DNA of 63,913 nt, filler included, from Reticulomyxa filosa (Eukaryota > Protista > Foraminifera), in NCBI GenBank assembly GCA_000512085.1. It is 17 parts of 17 records of this genome, joined end to end, with 100 filler letters (N's around TTAATTAATTAA, not from the genome) between each part and the next. Parts side by side here need not be neighbours in the genome. Positions count along the whole stretch, not along the records: positions 1 to 1,186 come from ASPP01034530.1; positions 1,287 to 7,965 come from ASPP01020192.1; positions 8,066 to 10,674 come from ASPP01005289.1; positions 10,775 to 13,922 come from ASPP01000396.1; 13 more parts are not named here. One strand, 5' to 3'. Of this stretch, positions 1-12,125 are shown piece after piece. The notes beneath the pieces are model-generated. The model was given only the letters and a program-made list of their open reading frames with translations. It was not told the DNA's origin and made no database searches. The position numbers were made by a program, and so were the translations under genes. The stretch's first letter is position 1. Each line of letters opens with the position of its first letter.

Positions 1-1186
1 TATAAATGTTGCCATATTAGTTCAGCTCGTCCCATTCTTTTGGTGTTGGTCTTGGTCATCCACTTGAATTAAATGATATGGCCAACCTTTCACAATTGAT
101 AATACATTCCCTTCACGGGGGAATTATTACTACTACAGTACAAATATTTCATATTCTTATGGCTTCCACTATCTTTCAATATTATTGCTTTAATATAAAC
201 AACAAGAATATCTAATGTTAAAAATGAGAATGGATCACATTCTTCATCTAATTTTTTTGCATTTGAATTTTCTGCTTAATTAATATGATAATTTGACCAG
301 CAGCCCAATACAATAAATTATTTTCAATTAATACTTTTTTTAATTGTCTCTGAATCATTCCCGATAAGAATGCTGCACCTTCTTTCAATAATGGTTTATA
401 ATTCTCTTCATTAACGATTTTGATTACACCATTTTGATCAATCAATTTATCTTTTACATATTCAATTGCATACTCAATTCTTTTCATTGGATACATTTTC
501 GTTGTTTAATATCCATTTACACATTTCTATTGCATCTAAATACTCTTTGGTATTCTTATTCTTTTATGTTTCATCATAAATTTCATGATATTTTCAAAAG
601 ATGTTCTCAAGATGAGAGTTAATAGTACCCTCTTTGATATCAATATATGCATCTTGTTCAATGCAATAACGGGCAATATCCCAATGTTGATTTTGATTGC
701 CAAATGTAATGGAGTTTGTCGATGTTTATTACATGAATCATTTATATCGATATCAGGATGATTTTGCAGCTTCATGACAACAGTGTGGTATTGCCTGTAT
801 GTCCTTTCATTATTAGAAATTTTTTCAATTTCATTACTCAGACAAGGATATGGAATTGCAGCTCAATTGAATATGAGGAATAAATATCATCAAACCAAAT
901 GCCAATAATCCGATATTCGTGTTATTTGCTGTTTTCCAATATGATTATTTGAATTCTCTTCGTTCATCATCAATGTATTTCATTTTCATTTTGATATTTT
1001 CTTTCAATCCACCAACTGCTGCACGTTTCCATATATCTTTGGATATTTTTGATAATGCATTTGAGCATACTGTGCAAATCCCTTTCCAACAGATATATCA
1101 TCAATAAATATAATTGTTCAAGTAATCTCACCAATGATTTATCGCTTGTGTTCATTCAATGTTTGGAAACAAATATCAAACCGTTT
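1..1186 (-). pseudogene. Degenerate ankyrin-repeat-containing gene fragment
   Basis: ORF 536-775 has an ankyrin-like stretch (PDIDINDSCNKHRQTPLHLAI). Neighbouring frames are broken by stops and shifts. Confidence 0.45.
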
Positions 1187-1286
1187 NNNNNNNNNNNNNN
1201 NNNNNNNNNNNNNNNNNNNNNNNNNNNNNNTTAATTAATTAANNNNNNNNNNNNNNNNNNNNNNNNNNNNNNNNNNNNNNNNNNNN
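1187..1286. other. Artificial contig spacer N44-TTAATTAATTAA-N44 (first of 16; others start at 7966, 10675, 13923, 15967, 38037, 39296, 41039, 42842, 44618, 47187, 53506, 56401, 57501, 61363, 62773)
   Basis: Identical 100-nt linker with stops in all six frames; genes are truncated at it. Confidence 0.98.
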
Positions 1287-1498
1287 TGGCATTTTAGGTG
1301 TCAACTTTCTTTTTTATCTTACAACAACAATTCAAAAACACGTGTCATTTTGCAAACATGCTCAACCTGGTTACTTACGCAAACACACAAAAAAAGAAAA
1401 ATCAATAGAATATATCTTCGCTAATTGACACAAAAACGTTTAAGAACCTGATAAAAAAAATCACTTTAACAACTAATTTATTGAAAAACTTTGTGAGG

Positions 1499-2380
1499 GC
1501 AAGTCCCTATTATACAATCTCAAATACTAATGGAACGGTGGGACCCCCCGGTGGGTTAAAACCCTCTTCACAACTCAACTCACTTTTATGTCTTCTTTAC
1601 TTGTTTTCCTTTATTGTGTTGAAATTATTTTTGTTAATTTAATTTCCTTTTACTGAAGTTGCTTTTTGGAACTAAGTTCCTTTCTTATTACAGTTAATCG
1701 TATCAATATTCCTACAACTGTTAAAACTAAAAAATCACAACACACACAAAAAGCAAACAAAATTTAAAAAATAAACAATCAAAATTTAAAAAAAGGCAAA
1801 AAATAGAAAAGCAAAATTTTATTTGTCTTTTTTTAAAATTAGCACGAAAATCTAGCAATATCAATTTTATCCAACACAACCAGTAACGATGAAAAATCCA
1901 AAATTAGTTACAGTGTTCACTCATTATTTAACTGCACAAAGTGTTACTGGTTTAATCAAATACTTTATTTGTCAAACGGCCAAATAATCGAATTTAAAAC
2001 TGATTTGTATCAATTAATTCGCAAAATGTCTTCAAGTTTAACAATGCTACAATTGATACACTATCAAACAAACATACTTTCAAAGCTCAATCTACAACTT
2101 GTACAATTTTGTAGTATGATCGAAAAGAATATTCATACATTTGCAATTATAGTTAAATAAAATATTATTGCTAGCAATGAACACTTATCAAAAAAATAAT
2201 TTGTATAAACTACGTATACTGTACTTTTGACTATAAAAATTATAATATTGATACTGGCTAAGATACAGTACAAATGATATCAGAAACAATCGACTTATAA
2301 AAATTTGTACAAATGTCTAACTTAATTGTATGATTAAATTTACTTGACAATAATGTATTTACATTAACGTCAACACTAAT
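1499..2380. repeat. Dispersed non-coding repeat, copy A (related to 49552-50090)
   Basis: Shares GCAAGTCCCTATTATA, a GGAACGG..CCCC..GGT..AAAC block, TATTACAGTTA and a distal ATAGTYAAATAA motif with a region on another contig. Right boundary uncertain. Confidence 0.55.
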
Positions 2381-2867
2381 CTGAACTTGTTCCTCAAAAA
2401 ATTGCTTCAAATGGATATTGTCTCCATTGCAATAAGATATTTCTATTTCGTAAATCTTTTTTCTAATTTCTTCATTCTATCAACTATATACAAAAACTAT
2501 ACTCAAGCGTTCAAATCTTTTTGTTTTCGTGTCCCAGTACTTTTTATTACCCCAAGAAAACAGATAAGTAGAACGGCGTGTATTCTTTGTTTTGTCTTGA
2601 AATCCACAGCGTTTAAGTAATGACGTTTTTTACATTGAAAAATGAACAATATTTTAAAAAAGAAATGAGACCAACTTTTTTGAGCTTTGCACAAATGGCA
2701 GAGTTTTAAAATGAAAATATTGCTTTGTGAAATAAATGCTGTATGAATTTGATCCAACAAGTTAAGATCATAAGCAATTTTATTCTAGTAGTTTCCCTCC
2801 TAAGAATCTCAAGCAAATGAACCACTTATTGCAAAACAGGGCAAATTAATAAGACAAACAAAAAAGT

Positions 2868-4196
2868 TTAATTTGCATCAAAGGCGTCAAACGTATACTT
2901 TCCACCATCATTTTCATTTTCATTTTTGTCATTAGGAGAAAATTCATTCAACCAACGTCTTCATCGTTTGTTTTTCCCAACAGACCTTGAGCGTCTTGTT
3001 TTTTGTGTTCTTCCTTTTTGGTATTCTCTTCTTTTGCTTTTTTTCTTTTATTTTGTTGTATTGCGAAGCCTATGAGACCGGTCTTCCAAAGTATCCCTCT
3101 CTCCCCCCCCCCTCCCTCTCTAATTAAAAAAATATTTTCGTCAATATTTGTAAAAACTTAACTGCGAATTCTCTCGTGATGATTTGGCATCTGTGTCGAC
3201 TCCCTCATCACTTTCATCCCTTTTGGTTTTTGGTTTCTCTTTTTCCGTCTCTTGAGTTTTTTTTCTTTTTGTAGTGTATTTACAAAATGTTTTCCAATGA
3301 CCGTCCTCAGCACCTTTCATACCAAGCAGCAAAGAAAACGTAGATGGGAACAAAGAGGCTTAACTTTGGAACTCTTCATTTGACAAAAAAATCACATGCA
3401 AAAAAAAAAAAGTGAGGAAAAATCGCATTATCTGATTTGTTAAAAATAAACAAAAAAAAAAAAGAGCATTATTTTACCCTAAGGCTTCGTCACGAGCATC
3501 CTCCAAATCCTTATCGTGTGTCAAATAGTGCACAACTCGGTTTGCATTTTTTTCGCACTGTGCAAAAATCAAGCCAAAAACAATACCACTGTTTTTCTTA
3601 ATTAAAGACCTTTCTCTATCTCTTTTAAAGAGAAAAATGAACCACATAATGGTACATTACCTTCAATACCGTAATCTTTTCCATACATTTCATATTTGTA
3701 TCCTTTCAACTTTTCAAAATGCTTTAAATGGGATTTACAAGACTTTACAAATCTTTCGTCTGCATGTTTTAACAAATGTTCCACTACGATTAGTCCCTAT
3801 TCAAATTAAAAGAGTTTTATCACCGATTCAATTGCAATTCGGTTTTGCACTGTGTTTTTTTGTTTTATTTTTTAGGTCTTGACGATAACTCACTTTTTCC
3901 ATATGCTTGGAATATCGATAGTCAGTGACTCTTGTCATGAGCATAGTGTAAGTTTTTTGGTAGTTTTGTGGCTGATTTGTCAACATATACACCAATTCTC
4001 GTAGTCTTTGAGGGTCTGGAGTCTCGTCGTCGGCTGCTGTTAACTCACGGACAATTCTCTCCCCTTCGCAATATTCATTCTTGTCGTTTTTTCTTTTTAC
4101 CAGAGCAAACAACTTGCACTGCAAACAGCACCGAACAAGAAAAAAAATTATTTACAAAAAAAGTGATACATACAATCCTCGCAATACTGCTTTCAT
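2868..4196 (-). CDS. ENTH-domain (epsin-like) protein, multi-exon
   Basis: Exons give VRELTAADDETP...LMTRVTDYRYSKHMEK / VEHLLKHADERFV...YKYEMYGKDYGIE / VRKNANRVVHYL..DLEDARDEA, matching the ENTH helix pattern. Start uncertain. Confidence 0.75.
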
Positions 4197-4682
4197 GATT
4201 TATTATTCGCTCTGATATTAAATGTATAATTGTTTTCTTTTTTTCAAGCCGGGTCCTGTGATTGGCAGTTAATTTTCAAGTTTTTTTTGGAGCTTGAAAA
4301 CACTGGCATGTCGATAAACATTACGTTTGACAAACCTAAATTTACTACTTTGCAAACCAATATTGAAAATGACAGAGTATAGATATACTTTGGTTTTGTG
4401 GATATAAGAAGAAATGTTAGAGCTGAAAACAAAGATTTATTGGAAAGCAAAAAAAAAATAGTCAGATACATCTCCAACAACGCTATTGTAGTGAATTTGA
4501 AGAATAGTTGTAACCAGACAAATACAGATCTATAAAATTAATTGGGCGAGTTGTGATGTGTTATCTTTTGTTGTGTTCGTGATTAGAACTTTTGCGTTTT
4601 TGTTTTACTGTTCAAACTAGGTTTTTGCGACACGAGAACCAAAAATGAACTTTTATAAACGCTTTTTCGTATATTTGATTTC

Positions 4683-5417
4683 ATGGTCCGCAGTTTGTTG
4701 CAGATTATTAATGCCTTCCCTCGTTTAAATACTGTTCAGAAAAATAAACTCAGCTATGTTTGGATTAGGAAGTTTACTGACCACAAAAACTTCGACGCTG
4801 ACAAAATTCCTTCTGCTCAAAAACTGGAACCAGATCAATCCAAACATAGTGTTCAACGTAGCAAAAGAGGTTATAGAAAATATTTCGAAAATGACCGTGT
4901 ATCCATGAAAGCCCTATTTGGCAGGTTGTTGTGGGGTGCTACAACAGTTGGAATCGTTTATTTATTTTATTATTGGGTTAGTACAATATATGTAAATTAT
5001 CAACGTTATTGTGAAGTGAAGAAGTTGCAACAACATTGCATTCACACCTTGGAAAAAGATGAACAATTGTTGAATGCCTTGGGCCGTGAGGTCCATATGA
5101 CCAAATTGCAGTGGAAACATCATCCAAAACTCTCGGATGACTTAAGTCATAGCCAAACTGATCAAAATAATGTCAGGAAAAACACAGACCCGGTTGAGTA
5201 TCAAGGACTTCGGGATGTCTACCACCTAATGATGGCAGTTGAAGGATCAAAACAAGTGAAAGGAGTGTTGGAGGCCTCGTTTGAGAGGCGACCAATTTCT
5301 AAGATGATTGCTCAAGACGAAGGCCATCGACAATTTTGGAACGCTCATATCGTGGCTTCGGTTGATCCATTCGAGGAAACTTACATCTTGAGTGAAAATA
5401 GTATTTGCTCAACATGA
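4683..5417 (+). CDS. Putative mitochondrial inner-membrane protein, Coa1/Tim21-like
   Basis: Intact 244-aa ORF with a basic N-terminus, a single TM (LLWGATTVGIVYLFYYW), then LEKDEQLLNALG and MAVEGSKQVKGVL, resembling the Coa1/Tim21 fold. Confidence 0.55.
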   Translation: MVRSLLQIINAFPRLNTVQKNKLSYVWIRKFTDHKNFDADKIPSAQKLEPDQSKHSVQRSKRGYRKYFENDRVSMKALFGRLLWGATTVGIVYLFYYWVSTIYVNYQRYCEVKKLQQHCIHTLEKDEQLLNALGREVHMTKLQWKHHPKLSDDLSHSQTDQNNVRKNTDPVEYQGLRDVYHLMMAVEGSKQVKGVLEASFERRPISKMIAQDEGHRQFWNAHIVASVDPFEETYILSENSICST

Positions 5418-5806
5418 ACTAAAGCTTGCTATTTCATAAGGCTGACATTAAAGTTATGTCAACTTTTGGGTTCCGAATTTTGTCAATCTTGGTAAAGTTT
5501 TTTACTTGCCATTTTTCAACGTACGTGGCTCAATGACCGTTTGCCGAATAAAATTTCATAAGAGTATTTTTTGTGTTAAATGTTAAAATATTTGTTTGAG
5601 GGAAAAAATAAATACTGGCAAATACGAACCAAAAAGTATTCTGCTTAAAAACGTAATACTTGAACTTGTAAGAAAATTTAAAACATTTGTTCCAATATTT
5701 TTGTTGTATCAGTTAAAAAAAATCAGACACAACACTTGCTCATTTAACTTCTTTGAATGCAATGATTTTGCAAATATGTGTTATATTTCTTCTTAAATAT
5801 GTTGAT

Positions 5807-7949
5807 TTATTTGATGTTTGGATTTAAACACTGATCAACTCTATCTAAAGTGGCAGTCGGGGAGGGGCATATTGATATGGATGAAGACAGTGTCTTTGTG
5901 AATGGCTCTACATCGTGACAAGATCCTTCTTTTGCAGTCATAATGATATTTTCAGTTGGAGTTCCATGTCCAGCCATTTTTTTCAGAGTCGCTACTCTGC
6001 GCCTTGGCCTTTTTTTGTACTTATCTCTCCTGTTTCAACAGAACCTAAATCTGCTGATCTTTCATTGGGTTCCTTTTGCTTGTCATGCACAATAGGAGCG
6101 ATACCGTTTAGTATTGTGTTTGTGTTATTTGGTGTTATCATCGTCATTTCATCTCCAACGTTGCCATTTTTTTTTTCATTAGCAATTTCTGGAAGTGTTT
6201 GTTTACTGGGTGGAGACCCCAAGGAGAGCATATACATACATAAACAATCACAAAATGAATCTCTGCGCAAAAAAAAACAAAAAGCAAACAAAACAAAAAA
6301 CACCAACCTGATGGTTCAATAAAATTAACCTGGTGTGTTCCCATTTTTGTGGTGTCTCTTCCACAAGCTGGGGCGTTGCACTTTGTAATGGCGTTGTTAT
6401 GTGCACAGCCGAAGTTGCCACATGTTTTTTTCTTTTTTCATTTTTCCAAAGTGTCTCTCTATTTTCATCACTGTCTGAAATGTGTTCCATAAGCAAATCT
6501 TCTTCGTTATCTTCCTTGCTAGTTTGATCACTTCGTATCGTTAATCGGCGTTTTTTGGTACTGAGACCTATTATTTTGTTCAACGAAGTAATAAATTTGG
6601 TTGTTTTTTAAAATCTTTCCTCTCTTATATACATCACCAAAACTTGTCTGTATATCTGTCAGACGTGGAACGGAGTGATCCATTGTCATGTCTGTAAACG
6701 TTCTTTTCTTAGATAAACTGTACGTTGTTGCATTGTTGTCAATGGGGACAGTTTGTTCTTTTTCGATTGTTAGATGAGCAACATCTGTATGATTTGCATT
6801 CGACGATTGCTTATGAATATATTCATGATCGTCATTCATAATTGGCGCTCCAGGCACTACATCATCGAACAGGTGATCCAAATATGCCATTTCTTGTATT
6901 GCAATTTCTTCATCATCACTATTAACCGTGTTACGGTAGGTGTTGAGAATATCAGAAAATTCATTATCACTTTCGGAATTGCTTTCGTCCAAAACAATAA
7001 AGGGTGAATCTTTTACACTACTTTTCTTAAAAAAAGATTCGATTGATCCTTTTTTGCTATTAATGGCATCGGTTACATCCCCCTTGACTTCGTCGTTACC
7101 TTCATTATTATCCTCATTATTATCCTCATTATTACCCTTGCCATTGTTTTCATCACTGTCTTCATCATTATCGATTATTGCATCATTTAATTTTTTTGTT
7201 TTTTTTTGGAGGCACTAGTTGACTTTGCTTTTCGTTTCGTTTTGCCCTTTTTTTTGCTAACAACAGACGATTTTGACTTTTTTGTTGTGCCTTCTTTGGC
7301 TGCTTTCTTTCTTTCGGCCACTTTTGGCAAATGAACTATTATTCGATGACCTGATTGACCCTTTTTAGTTTGTTTTGTGTATATTTTCCTTTCATCATGC
7401 CCGTTGGAAGAGAAAAAAAACAAACCGGTTCAAAACTTGACCGAGATGCTACTGTAATTGCGTGCGCATTAGGTCCACGTTGCACACATGTAACCGTTTG
7501 ATAGGATGTGTGACGAAAGCAAAGCTCCAAATATCCTTTTAAAAGAAGATGCATAAGATATATTCACGTTGATATTTTGTAAAGTGCTCTGTTTTCGAGT
7601 CAATGATATGTGTCAAAGACGACAGTTTTGCTTTTTGCGGGGTACCATTCCAAACATCGCATAGTCTGGGCGTGCATATAAACATACACAAACATGCAAA
7701 TGCAAGAAGGAGAGAAAGAGCAAACAAAGGTCACAATAACTGAGAGACGGATATGTGATGACCAGCAGCAGACTTTGCCTTTGTTACTACTTTTAACAGC
7801 TGTTGAGCCTGTTCAGTGATATCTGTTTCTTGCGTTGATACTTTTTGTTGGCACAAATCACATCCTTTGTTGCATTGATCTAGTGTTTCATTGAAATGTT
7901 TTGCCATTTCAAGTCGACGACATGTTGTGCAATGAACATACGATAACAT
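5807..7949 (-). CDS. RecQ-family helicase C-terminal part (Zn-binding + RQC domain, long low-complexity tail); 5'-truncated
   Basis: CRRLEMAKHFNE..CNKGCDLC is the RecQ Zn motif. HLLLKGYLELCFRHTSYQT resembles the RECQ1 RQC wing. Introns and apparent 1-nt frameshifts present. Confidence 0.8.
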
Positions 7950-8120
7950 CTTTTTTTTTTTTTTTNNNNNNNNNNNNNNNNNNNNNNNNNNNNNNNNNNN
8001 NNNNNNNNNTTAATTAATTAANNNNNNNNNNNNNNNNNNNNNNNNNNNNNNNNNNNNNNNNNNNNATACATGAGTCAGGTACAAGCCCAACTAATGTCAG
8101 TAAACCAAAAAATATTACAA

Positions 8121-9458
8121 CTAAGAATTTGCTTCCTCATTCTTTTCATCATTGTCAACTTCAGGTACTTTTTTTTTGTCATTTGCAATACAATCTTTTT
8201 GTGTTTGCTTGATTTTCCATTTGTCCAGCCTCTTTCTATATTTCGCATAGACTGGATTTGTTTCCATGCGCTTCATATGAACCTCGCTGCATTCGAAATT
8301 TTCACAGAGATTTTTGAGAGAAGCAATCAAATAGTAGCCAAAAGTGCGAGTAAACCAATTAACCAAAAGATGAGGAAAAGCAGTGCAGAAGTCAATATTG
8401 AATACAGCGGTAATCTCAATCCAATCTTTGTCGGATTTGGACGAAGCTAATTCAACCGGGGCGATCATTCCATAAGCTAATTGAAGATCTTTCAGTATAA
8501 TAATTGTAGGAACATTAAATGATTGTTTTTTTTTTTTTTTGCATGTTAAAAATATATGTCTATTTTTTTTTTTAAACCTAATCGTGCAGTATTTTGAGAG
8601 ATTTGTGGCACTTCCAGATCAATCTGATCAGCACAAGATCCAGAATATATTGATGCACCAGTCAGAATAATGGCTCCGGAACAATCCAAGCAATCAAAAG
8701 CAAATACCTGAGCCACACAATCTCTGTTTGTTAATGGCCAACACAAATTAATCTTACAATAGCACACTTTATTTACATCAGTAATTTCTTTCAAATATTT
8801 GGTTTCGATTGACGCCGCTGGAATTGATATATCTCTTGTATTAAATCAAATTCATTAATTGCTGCCACAAATGCCAACAAGTCACATTGACAACGAAACT
8901 TTGTTTTAAACGTATGAATTTCGGTATTTTCTTCTTTGCGGTAATACACTGATATTCCCTTTTTTTTTTTTTTTTTTTGCAAATTATCAACACAGTTATG
9001 TACCCGTCTTTAATAAAAAAAAAAAGTGAGCGCCAAAGTTAGAGTCCTTGATCGACCTTGTGATTATCCACTTGTGTTGTCCAACCCTGATGGGATGTCA
9101 GTTCTTGATATATTTTTTGAATATTTTTGGCTTGTGCTGCCAATTCATCGATAAACTCTTTGTTTTCTTCGTATTGTGGATCATTTGGAACAAGCTCGCC
9201 TTTTGATAGCTTTTCTTCTATTAGTTCATTCACTTGCATCACAAGACCTTCTTCTTTTGCCAAACGCTTCCATTCTTTCCATTCCCATTTATCGCATTCT
9301 CTTGTTTTTTCTTCTTCCTTGTCCTCGTTTGATTCTGATGTAATGCAATTGTGTTCCACGACTGTCGTCTTTTTTTAAATAAAGAGTATACAAGTGATGT
9401 AGCACAAAGAAAAAATGAAAAAGCTGAAACACACTTTTTTTAGAGGTTGAGATTCCAT
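8121..9458 (-). CDS. START/SRPBCC-domain lipid-binding protein, multi-exon
   Basis: CYCKINLCWPLTNRDCV (START P-x-x-x-RD motif), FVAAINEFDL, and C-terminal helix FPHLLVNWFTR. Confidence 0.7.
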
Positions 9459-10078
9459 TTGAACAAAATCCAGCTGAGAAAGAAAGAAAAAGGGACAACA
9501 AAAGTACTTTTTACTTGGCTACAACGTGAAGTACGAATTTATTCACATTTTGCATCAAGAGCACAATTCAAATGTATTACAAAAAAAAAAAATGCATTGT
9601 AATCTTTACACATACTGTTAAGACAAATGTCTCTGCATTGTGCCTAAATCAAATCAAGATGTATCATCAACAAAAGGGTAAGATAAAAATAACAGAACAA
9701 TAATGTGAATAAAATGTCAAAAAAAAAAAACACGAAAGCAGAGTGATCTACATTGCAGTAGGAATCTATATGCGTCGTGGATCATTGAAATAAAAATACT
9801 TCCCATTTTTTTTTGGGTTTTTGTGTAATTTTATTTAATTTATTCTCTTTTAAAAGAAAATCTAAAAAGTAAACACTTTCGTTTACATTTTCGAATCAGC
9901 TCTTCCTTATACTGGTCTGAAACAATTATCTTTTTTTTTATTTTATTTATTCCCAAATAAAATGATTTACAAATTAAATATTTTTATAAAAAAGTGATTT
10001 CTAAATTTTGAAAACACTTACCATGCAAAAAATATAAAATAGATATGAATCCATTACAAAACATGCTTTTTAATATTT

Positions 10079-10640
10079 TTATAAATTATTTGGAGCTTCT
10101 CTAATCTTTCTCACTTGTTTGCACATTTTTTTGTGAATTTTATAGTCCAGTTTTTGATGATCCTATTCAATCCAATCAAACGTATATTATAACCGAATTT
10201 GAGAAGCAAAATCAAACGAAACTTTGGAACAGTAAAAGGCAATATTGCAACCACTACACAGCAGCAAAGGTCCTCCGTTGTGACTCTTTGTAGCATTACA
10301 AAAATAGCAGTTAGATTGAATACTTGGTATGATTGATTGCTTTCGTGGAAAAGACCTTAGCCCTTTTTGATTATTTGAATCACTTGTTTCACAACTACCC
10401 AAAAAGCCATTACTTAATGTATTTGTGGTATTCATATTTTCAAACGTACTTTTCGTTATATCAACAAAGGATGAGGAATCATTTTGAAAAAATTCGCTAG
10501 GAGTAATACCAAAATTGCTTGGGGTGATTGGTAATGCTGGCAATGGTAGAGGATTATTCAAGAACGTACAACACCAGCCAGAATTTAGTGATCCTGTTTG
10601 TTTTTTACATCATTTTGGTGTAAGTTTGAAGGCAGTTCTT
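10079..10640 (-). CDS. MYND zinc-finger protein C-terminus (5'-truncated)
   Basis: CYFC..LLLCSGCNIAFYCSK, intron, then DHQKLDYKIHKKMC. Confidence 0.8.
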
Positions 10641-10774
10641 CTAAAAACAAAAGGGAAGAAAACATATAATATATNNNNNNNNNNNNNNNNNNNNNNNNNN
10701 NNNNNNNNNNNNNNNNNNTTAATTAATTAANNNNNNNNNNNNNNNNNNNNNNNNNNNNNNNNNNNNNNNNNNNN

Positions 10775-12125
10775 CATGATGAATGATATTAAAATGATTT
10801 TTTTTTTTTTTTTTTTTGTTCTTGTTTCGTTTTACCTTATAGTGCGTTTTACCGTAAGGACAAAACTTACGTTTTCGTTTAGTCTTTAGATAATAAGTAT
10901 GAAAGTTGTTTGCAAAGTGTAAGAGTATAAAGCTTGTTAAAGATACCAAATGGTAAATTTTGGTTATTGTTTGGTTTGTTCTGTTTTGTTTTAACTGTTA
11001 AAAAAGGAGCTTTGAGTCCAGTAGGACGAAAGCGCTACTCCAGAAAAGTTTTTAACTAGTTCAAAATAGGATCAATAGATTCTATAAGCCTAAAACAACT
11101 TTAAGGAAAGCTTATAAGAATCCGGACTGACTGAGTCGATACAATGTGGAAGAGCGGTCTGCAAAAAAATCCACTCTAAAAAAAGTTTGACAAAAATCCA
11201 CTCCGAAAAAAAGTTTGAGGAAGAAAAATCGAAAGAAAATTCCTCTTAAAAGTACAAAGAAAGTGAAATTATAATAGAAGAAGGAGAGACAGAACAGAGA
11301 TTTGGACCACTGGAAGCAGAAAAAATTAAACATTATAATGATGAAGACATGTTTGATAGAATAATAACACAGAAAGAAAGAGAATGGCTGCTTGAGCCAA
11401 TTACACAGAAGAAGGAAGAGAAGCAATAAAGGCGTACCCAAATAAAAAAATTAAGCAAGAATGTATAGAAGTTTGGGAAAGCTATGACACAGAATTGTCA
11501 GAAAGTATGCAAATGGAAGATTTTGAAAGAAATAAATATTTAGCAGATGAGATAAAAAAAGAAAAACAGAATGGGTTTGGCAAACATAGAAGACAAAGAA
11601 TACAAAAACAAATGTTTAAAGAGATAGATAAAAAGAGAATAGTACTAGAAAGTATCATAAGTGTAGTATGTAACAAAGAAGTCACAGCACAAAGCAAATG
11701 GTTATGAATGAAGGCTTTGGAAGATACTGAGAGTAAGGAAATAGGACTAAGAACAAATACAACGGTATACGTTGGTAGACTCGTAAATGATGAATACTAT
11801 AATTATTACATTGGAGTAAATATTGGATAAACGTAGAAAGAACATTGGTAACAAGAAAAGTGGAAGAAATGTTAGATAAAAGATAATTAATAACAGTTGA
11901 GCATGTACAGACCATGGAATTGTGGAATGATCTATAAAGACTTCATGGGTATGTGGAAAATAAATGTGGTTGTTACAGCTTGATAAAAAGGGCGTTAACC
12001 AACAAGATGTAATATGCGAAATTTCGTGTACGGGACAGTTTTAGTATAGGATATTGTACTGCTTATTTATAAATGTTTTTTTCTAAGTTATTAAATACTG
12101 CAACAATTTTATGCATTAATTAGTA
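10775..12125 (+). repeat. Left arm of ~1.35-kb inverted repeat
   Basis: Reverse complement of 12570-13922 apart from ~2 single-base indels. Mirrored ORFs appear in the ORF track (11112-11441/13254-13583; 11495-11707/12988-13200). Confidence 0.97.
10993..11061 (+). ncRNA. Type I hammerhead-ribozyme-like motif with variant core
   Basis: GGAG-CTTTGA-GTCC(AGTA)GGAC-GAAA-GCGC-TA-CTCC, with distal helix AACT(A)GTTAAAAA/TTTTTAACTAGTT. Core is CUUUGA rather than CUGANGA. Confidence 0.6.

Noticed and set aside
1187-1286. Recurring TTAATTAATTAA motif as a biological repeat or CRISPR-like array
   Set aside because: Always embedded in exactly 44+44 Ns; a synthetic six-frame-stop linker. Adjacency across it carries no synteny information.
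6560-6640. Possible non-canonical GA-AG intron in the RecQ tail
   Set aside because: A canonical phase-1 GT donor (TTTG|GTGATG) slightly upstream restores the frame.
10825-10885. Second ribozyme-like hairpin (GTTTTACC repeats, GTAA loop) in the palindrome arm
   Set aside because: No CUGANGA-like core or consistent three-helix junction.
11112-11441. Phe/Leu-rich 109-aa ORF (and mirror 13254-13583) as a membrane or organellar protein
   Set aside because: It is the antisense shadow of A-rich degenerate coding sequence on the other strand.
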